From the NCBI GenBank assembly GCA_028289445.1, contig JANQPO010000014.1, forward strand, positions 18,620-82,619: a DNA stretch of 64,000 nucleotides. Direction: 5' to 3'. Positions 58,219-64,000 of this stretch are shown here, piece by piece. A program made the translations under genes and the position numbers. Under the pieces are notes generated by a model, which had not been told where the DNA came from, ran no database searches, and worked only from the letters and a program-made list of their open reading frames with translations. Source of the stretch: Tepidamorphaceae bacterium (GTDB taxonomy: Bacteria; Pseudomonadota; Alphaproteobacteria; Rhizobiales; JAKSCL01). The stretch's first letter is position 1. Every line of letters begins with the position of its first letter.

Positions 58219-59067
58219 ATGATGCGACGACTTGTCGGTGGTGCGGCGATCGCAGTGACGATCGCAGCAGCCCTGACAGTTTCTGCGTCCGCCTGTGGCA
58301 CCGATTCCGATTGTGTGACCGCCAACGGCGCCTATCGCATAGCCTTACCGGAAAGCGGCAATCTGGCCGGTGCCATAATGTTCTTTCATGGCTGGCAGGG
58401 ATCGGCGGCCGGTGTGATGCGCAACAAGGCCTTGCGCAATCGCATGACGGAGCGCGGTGTGGCCGTCATCGCGCCAAATGGCCTGGGCAAATCTTGGTCC
58501 TATCCAGGCTCGCCCAGTCAGCGGCGCGATGAGTTTGCGTTCATCGAGGAAGTACTTGCCGACATCGAAGACCGTTTTCAGATTCCGGGTCGCCGTATCA
58601 TGGCATCCGGCTTTTCGATCGGCGGATCGATGACCTGGTATCTCGCTTGCAGAATGGGTGACGAGTTTGGCAGCTTCGCGCCCATCGCCGGTGCCTTCTG
58701 GATGCCACTACCAGAGAGCTGTCCCTCGCCGATACCCGACCTCATTCATGTTCATGGCACGGCCGACCGCATGGTGCCGATAGCTGGACGGCCGATCCGT
58801 GACCGCTGGCATCAGGGCGACGTTTACAAGAGTTTCGGCATTTTGATCGATGAGCCGGCCTGCGTTGTCGGCTCGGAACAGGATCTTGGTCGGCTGACCT
58901 GCCAAGAGTGGGCGTCGTGTGATGGCCGCCTGATCCAGCTGTGTCTGCACGAGGGCGGCCATTCGCTGCGGACCGAGTGGGTTTCGCGGGCGTGGGACAT
59001 GTTCGCAGAGAAGAACGATTGGAAGACCGACATCGCGCTTCGAGCAGACAAAAGCACGACAAAGTGA
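58219..59067 (+). CDS. exported LpqC / PHB-depolymerase-like esterase
   Basis: Signal peptide and FHG motif. GFSIGG, HGTAD and GGH supply a catalytic triad. Confidence 0.75.
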   Translation: MMRRLVGGAAIAVTIAAALTVSASACGTDSDCVTANGAYRIALPESGNLAGAIMFFHGWQGSAAGVMRNKALRNRMTERGVAVIAPNGLGKSWSYPGSPSQRRDEFAFIEEVLADIEDRFQIPGRRIMASGFSIGGSMTWYLACRMGDEFGSFAPIAGAFWMPLPESCPSPIPDLIHVHGTADRMVPIAGRPIRDRWHQGDVYKSFGILIDEPACVVGSEQDLGRLTCQEWASCDGRLIQLCLHEGGHSLRTEWVSRAWDMFAEKNDWKTDIALRADKSTTK

Positions 59068-59255
59068 CCGAGGTTCACCAATTGCCGCAATCTCGCTGTC
59101 GTTTGGTCTAATTCGCGGGCTAGTTCGGGAAGAAATTCAGAAGGGTGTAACACGAGTGTTAGTTGAATTGATTGGACGAATTGGTGTCGATCGTCATCTC
59201 GTTGACGCGGGTCAAAGCACGCCCTTGACCCGTTTTCGATCAGGAGTTTTCGCCC

Positions 59256-60638
59256 ATGGATGACGCCTTCGGTTATGCGATAACCGTCGACGACGCAGAT
59301 GCGCTGAATGCGTTCGACCGAACGCGTCACGGCGTCTTGTCCCACGGCGCGGACACCCTCGACAATTTGAATGCGGCGCTGGCCGCGGATCCGGAGTTCA
59401 CACAGGCGCACGCGCTCAAGGGTCTGTTGATGATGACGCTGGCCCGGCGCGAGCTGGTGACACAGGCCCGGACGTCGCTGGAAACCGCGAAAGTGTGTCT
59501 TACCGAGCGTGGCGGTACGCCGCGCGAGACCGCCTACATCCAGGCGCTAGAGCACTGGCTCTCCGGCGATGCCCATGTCGCCTCAACCCTGCTTGACGGT
59601 GTATTGAAGACCTACCCTCGTGACACGTTAACGATGAAGCTTGTCCAGGCCATCCGCTTCATGAGCGGTGACCAGAGGGGGATGCGCGCCTCTGTTGAGG
59701 ATGTTCTAAAGGCGATCGGCCCCGACCATCCCGAACTGGGTTACGTGATGGGCTGCCATGCGTTCTCGTTGGAGGAAACCGGCGATTATGCGCGCGCCGA
59801 GGCCGTCGGTCGGCGGGGCGTGGCATTGGCACCTGACGACGCCTGGGGCATGCACGCCGTTGCCCACGTTCATGAGATGAATTGCCGGCCTGAAGACGGG
59901 ATCGCCTGGATCAATAGCCACCGGGACAATTTCGCCCACTGCAACAACTTCCGCTTCCACATCTACTGGCACCTGGCGCTTTTCCATCTGGAGCGCAAGG
60001 AATACGACAAGGTGCTTGATCTGTATGACGAAAATGTCAATGCCGAGGGCAGCGACGATTACCGCGATATCTCCAACAGTGCATCGCTGCTCGCGCGTTT
60101 GAACCTAGAAGGGGTCAACTGCGAAAAGCGGTGGCAGGCGCTCGCCGAACAGGCAGCTCATCGTCTGGATGACGGGTGTCTCGGCTTTGCCGATCTTCAT
60201 TACCTGATCGCGATGGCGGGCGCCGGTCGGTTGTCCGATGCCGATAAGCTTGGCGATCGGATTGCGGCCCACGGCGCAAGCACGCCGTGCGAGACAGCCC
60301 GTACTGCGGCTAAGGTCGCCTGCGGCCTCAAGGCCTTCGCCCATGGCGACTACGCTGAAGCATTCGAAGGACTGGCGGGTGGCGTGCCCGCACTGGTGTC
60401 GATTGGCGGCAGCCATGCCCAGCGCGATGTCTTCGTGCGCTTGGCTGTCGAATCCGGCATTCGCGCCGGTGCCTTTGACGGCACGACCGCGATCCTTGAG
60501 GGACGCCGCCAGAAGCGCCATGCCGTCGATGCGTTTGAAAATGAACGGCTTGCCGTCATTCATTCCCAGTTGAAGCGGGATCGCGGTCACGCGACCGCCG
60601 TGCAAATCGGCAACGCCGCCCTAGCGACGACGGACTAA
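59256..60638 (+). CDS. TTC38-like tetratricopeptide repeat protein
   Basis: AFSLEETG, DAWGMHAVAHV.EM, HIYWH.AL and GGSHAQRDVF motifs. Confidence 0.8.
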   Translation: MDDAFGYAITVDDADALNAFDRTRHGVLSHGADTLDNLNAALAADPEFTQAHALKGLLMMTLARRELVTQARTSLETAKVCLTERGGTPRETAYIQALEHWLSGDAHVASTLLDGVLKTYPRDTLTMKLVQAIRFMSGDQRGMRASVEDVLKAIGPDHPELGYVMGCHAFSLEETGDYARAEAVGRRGVALAPDDAWGMHAVAHVHEMNCRPEDGIAWINSHRDNFAHCNNFRFHIYWHLALFHLERKEYDKVLDLYDENVNAEGSDDYRDISNSASLLARLNLEGVNCEKRWQALAEQAAHRLDDGCLGFADLHYLIAMAGAGRLSDADKLGDRIAAHGASTPCETARTAAKVACGLKAFAHGDYAEAFEGLAGGVPALVSIGGSHAQRDVFVRLAVESGIRAGAFDGTTAILEGRRQKRHAVDAFENERLAVIHSQLKRDRGHATAVQIGNAALATTD

Positions 60639-60707
60639 AACGGCGTAGAAGGGGTGTCGGCGCTCGGATCTTTCGAGCCGATGTAAGACGTGTCATTCGA
60701 GGCGGTC

Positions 60708-61955
60708 ATGACAGAGCAAGGCGGACAGGCGAAGCGCACGCCCCGCGATCCGCGCCTCGATTTCTTCCGCGGCTTGGGCATGTACATCATCTATATTGCC
60801 CACACGCCGGGAAACTTCCTGAAACAGTGGATTCCTGCACGTTTCGGCTTCTCCGATGCGACCGAGATCTTCGTCTTTTGCTCCGGCATGGCGTCGGCGT
60901 TGGCGTTCGCCACGGTCTTCACGCGGCGCGGTTGGTGGATGGGGGCTGCGCGCGTTCTGTTTCGCGTCTGGCAGGTCTACTGGGCGCATATTGCGGTCTT
61001 CTTCGTCATTGCCGCCTTGGTTGTTGTAGCGACTGCAGGACTTCCAATCGACAAGAACTATGTGACCGGCTTGAACCTCCAACATTTCTTCAACGATCCG
61101 ACGACCAATTTGATCGGTCTTTTAACGCTGACCTATGTGCCGAACTACTTCGACATCCTGCCGATGTATCTGGTTATCCTGGCACTGATGCCGATCGTGA
61201 TGCTGCTCGGTCGGTTCACGCCTTGGGCCGCCATTGCCTTCGTCATCACCCTTTGGATCATGGCGTCGCTACGGATGCTGGATCTGCCGGCTGAACCGTG
61301 GTCGGAGCGCACCTGGTTTTTCAACCCTTTCGCCTGGCAGCTTGTTTTCTTTACCGGATTTGGATTCGGCGTTGGATGGCTCAAGGCGCCGCCGATCAAT
61401 CGGAACCTCATCATTGCCGCGCTCATCATCGTGCTGGTGACCATCCCGTTCGCCTACTTTCGCATCCTGCGTGAATTCCCTGAGCTGATGGCGATCCGCC
61501 GCAGTCTGAGGGATGTCGCAATTCCCTTCACCGACTTCAGCATCAACCTCACGACAAAGACCCGGTTCGGGATCTTCCGTTACATCCACTTCCTGGCGCT
61601 CGCATACCTGGCTTACGCCGCAGCTGGCGATGGCGGGCATCGTCTGATGGGTTCGGCGGCGTGGAATCGTGCGGTTGCCGTTGTCCGCAAAGTGGGACAG
61701 CAATCGCTTGCCGTCTTCTTGGCCGGCCTGGTGTTGGCGCGGATATCGGGCATGGTGCTGGATATGATCGATGGCGGCAAAGTGGCGGCAGTGGTCATCA
61801 CGCTAATTGCCTGCGTCATCCTCACGGGCATTGCGTATCTCGTTGCTTGGTTCAAAGGTCAGCCTTGGCGCCGCGATCCGGGGCCTGAGAAAGTGGCGGC
61901 ACCGCAGCGCGTGGAGACCTACCGCGCAGCGCAAGCGCCGGCTCCGGGCGAATGA
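60708..61955 (+). CDS. opgC: OpgC osmoregulated periplasmic glucan succinyltransferase
   Basis: RD.RLDFFRG, FSDATEIFVFCSG, DILPMY and FNPFAWQ motifs. Confidence 0.85.
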   Translation: MTEQGGQAKRTPRDPRLDFFRGLGMYIIYIAHTPGNFLKQWIPARFGFSDATEIFVFCSGMASALAFATVFTRRGWWMGAARVLFRVWQVYWAHIAVFFVIAALVVVATAGLPIDKNYVTGLNLQHFFNDPTTNLIGLLTLTYVPNYFDILPMYLVILALMPIVMLLGRFTPWAAIAFVITLWIMASLRMLDLPAEPWSERTWFFNPFAWQLVFFTGFGFGVGWLKAPPINRNLIIAALIIVLVTIPFAYFRILREFPELMAIRRSLRDVAIPFTDFSINLTTKTRFGIFRYIHFLALAYLAYAAAGDGGHRLMGSAAWNRAVAVVRKVGQQSLAVFLAGLVLARISGMVLDMIDGGKVAAVVITLIACVILTGIAYLVAWFKGQPWRRDPGPEKVAAPQRVETYRAAQAPAPGE

Positions 61956-63505
61956 CGGGACGGCGAGGCATCACACGCCGCAGCGCGCTCGGCGTCGTGG
62001 CATCAGCAGTCACGGCCCTTGGGGTCGGCGGACGGTTCGACCCGGTGTTCGCCGGCGCAACTTTCGGCGACGCGAAGCCCTTTGCATCGGGCGATGTCGA
62101 AGCGATCGCGCGCGCCATGGCGTCCAAAGCCTTCATGACGCCGAAATCCGTTCCCAAGGAATGGCTTGAGCTGAACTACGACGAGTACCGGGACATTCGT
62201 TTCCTTCCGGACCGCGCCCTTTGGCGCGGTGAGGATCGTTCGTTCGAGCTGCAGCTCTTCGCGCCGGGCTTTTACTTTCAAACCGGCGTGATGATCGATG
62301 TCGTGGAGAACGGCGAGGCGCGTCCGCTTCTCTTCAATCCCGATCTCTTCTCGTTCGGTGAGGTCGTTCCCGATCTACCGATCGAGGCCCAGCTTGGCTT
62401 TTCCGGATTCCGCGTCCACGGCGCGATCAACCGCGCGGATTATAAGGACGAGTTCCTGGTGTTCCAGGGTGCCAGCTACTTCCGCGGGGTCGGGAAGGGG
62501 CAGGCCTACGGCCTGTCGGCGCGCGGACTGGCGCTCAAAACGGCCGATCCGCGTGGCGAGGAGTTTCCGCTGTTTCGCCGCTTCTGGATCGAGGCGCCGT
62601 CGGCCGGCGACGAGACGGTCACCGTCCATGCGCTACTCGATTCAGAAAGCGTGACGGGCGCGTATCATTTCAAAATCACCCCCGGCGATGAAACCGTGAT
62701 GGATTGCGCATCTGTGCTCTTTCCGCGCCTGCCGCTCGATCACGTCGGGATCGCGCCACTCACCTCGATGTTCTTGTTCGACCATAAGCTGGCCAAACGC
62801 TTCGACGATTTTCGTGGGGCGGTTCACGATTCAAACGGGTTGGCCGTCGTCAACGGCAACAATGAGCGCTTGTGGCGACCGCTTGCCAATCCGGACCGGC
62901 TCCAGGTCAGCAATTTCCTCGATACCGACCCGAAGGGCTTCGGTCTCGCACAGCGCAACCGCCGGTTCGGCGCCTTCAACGACCTGGAGGCGGCCTACGA
63001 GCGCCGCCCGAACTTGTGGATCGAGCCGGGCGAGGGGTGGGGCGAGGGCGCCGTCAGCTTGGTCGAGATCCCTACTGACGAGGAAATCAACGATAACATC
63101 GTCGCGTTCTGGCGCCCGAAGACCGTCTTGGAACCGGGTCGTGAGTATCGCTACACCTATCGTGCCTCATGGGGGAACGCGCCTGAACCCTCCGACACGA
63201 TGGCGTCGGTGTCTACTTCGGCCTTTGGGCTTCATTCTAACGGCAGCCGGCTTGCGGTCATCGATTTCACGGCGCCGGCGGTTGGCCGTGTCCCGGCCGC
63301 GGAACTCAGCCATGACATCCATGTGATTAGAGGGGAGTTTTTAAACGCGGTATTGCAAGACAACGACCAGACGGGTGGGACGCGGCTTGCCTTCTCGTTC
63401 GATCCGGGCGTGTCCGAAACCGTCGAACTTCGGGCGCAATTGCGCCGAGATTGGCGGCCAGTGTCAGAAGTATGGCTTTACCGATGGACGACGGCACAAC
63501 AGTAG
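61952..63505 (+). CDS. opgG: glucan biosynthesis protein OpgG/OpgD family with Tat-like signal
   Basis: YDEYRDIRF, FQGASYFR, YGLSARGLA, HDSNGL and NDNIVAFW motifs. N-terminal TRRSAL. Confidence 0.85.
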   Translation: MTGRRGITRRSALGVVASAVTALGVGGRFDPVFAGATFGDAKPFASGDVEAIARAMASKAFMTPKSVPKEWLELNYDEYRDIRFLPDRALWRGEDRSFELQLFAPGFYFQTGVMIDVVENGEARPLLFNPDLFSFGEVVPDLPIEAQLGFSGFRVHGAINRADYKDEFLVFQGASYFRGVGKGQAYGLSARGLALKTADPRGEEFPLFRRFWIEAPSAGDETVTVHALLDSESVTGAYHFKITPGDETVMDCASVLFPRLPLDHVGIAPLTSMFLFDHKLAKRFDDFRGAVHDSNGLAVVNGNNERLWRPLANPDRLQVSNFLDTDPKGFGLAQRNRRFGAFNDLEAAYERRPNLWIEPGEGWGEGAVSLVEIPTDEEINDNIVAFWRPKTVLEPGREYRYTYRASWGNAPEPSDTMASVSTSAFGLHSNGSRLAVIDFTAPAVGRVPAAELSHDIHVIRGEFLNAVLQDNDQTGGTRLAFSFDPGVSETVELRAQLRRDWRPVSEVWLYRWTTAQQ

Positions 63506-64000
63506 GCGAATTGTCGCTCGTACTCCCCGCGGAAGCGCCGCTTTCCATGCCGCCGCAGTGTTTTCGCACGCCCTATCGCGATCCCATCGCGCCAGCACTG
63601 CGGGCTGGCTTTGCGGTTATGCCCGTCGCCGTCTTGATCGGGGTGCTGGTACTGACCGGTCTGGCTGCGCGCGAGATGGTGGCGATCCTGCGCCCTGGCG
63701 GCCTCACGCTTCTGGAAATCGCGCTGGCCGTGCTCTTCACGCTGACCTTTGTTGGCATCGCAATCGGCTGCGTCACGGCAATGTTCGGGGCCGCCGCGAT
63801 GAGTGTCGAGGGGCGACGGCGTGCGCAGACGAGCGATGCCGCGCCGCCGATCTCCGTTGCGCTTCTGGTGCTCACCTATAACGAAGACCCCGAACCGGTT
63901 TTCGCCAACGTTGGCGCCATGGCACGCGATCTGGCGCGTTATCAGGGACGACATTGGTATTCGATCTATGTCTTGAGCGACACGACCGACCGGACGATTG
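63484..64000 (+). CDS. opgH: glucans biosynthesis glucosyltransferase, 3'-truncated (absent from ORF track)
   Basis: Manual translation from ATG 63484: P.EAPLSMPPQ, two TMs, ALLVLTYNEDP and YVLSDT. Confidence 0.85.
   Translation, partial: MDDGTTVGELSLVLPAEAPLSMPPQCFRTPYRDPIAPALRAGFAVMPVAVLIGVLVLTGLAAREMVAILRPGGLTLLEIALAVLFTLTFVGIAIGCVTAMFGAAAMSVEGRRRAQTSDAAPPISVALLVLTYNEDPEPVFANVGAMARDLARYQGRHWYSIYVLSDTTDRTI

Noticed and set aside
1-64000. CRISPR arrays, tRNA/rRNA, IS or phage genes, known riboswitches
   Set aside because: None recognised by eye. An Infernal/tRNAscan run would be needed to exclude them formally.

Overview
High-GC alphaproteobacterial chromosomal segment. BA14K, opgCGH, a CtrA-like box and a RIME/CIR-type repeat suggest Hyphomicrobiales/Rhizobiales (inference). 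It is almost fully coding and dominated by catabolic modules: (1) 1-9.7 kb, an uncharacterised operon with sugar-type ABC permeases, three SnoaL/NTF2 proteins, an HpsN/HisD-like dehydrogenase, SDR, bicupin, MetE-like Zn enzyme and a hydrolase; (2) 9.8-19.6 kb, TIGR04076, aldo-keto reductase (AKR), Liv-type ABC, an AKR-Rid fusion and nagB-II/nagA; (3) a candidate sRNA, BA14K and dusA; (4) a LacI-controlled inositol (iol) cluster; (5) an orphan HpsP-like dehydrogenase; (6) the beta-hydroxyaspartate cycle bhcR-bhcABCD; (7) 37-51.5 kb, a putative CoA-dependent sugar-oxidation regulon (sorbose/sorbosone dehydrogenase-like pair, CoA transferase, crotonase, SDR, DUF993, TIM-barrel isomerase) whose two halves share an identical 17-bp operator and flank a LacI/glucose-type ABC cassette; (8) a rare-sugar (ketose 3-epimerase) cluster; (9) an esterase, a TTC38-like protein and opgC-opgG/D-opgH. 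I saw no rRNA, tRNA, CRISPR array, transposase or integrase. All family calls come from motif recognition and recalled sequences, not database searches.
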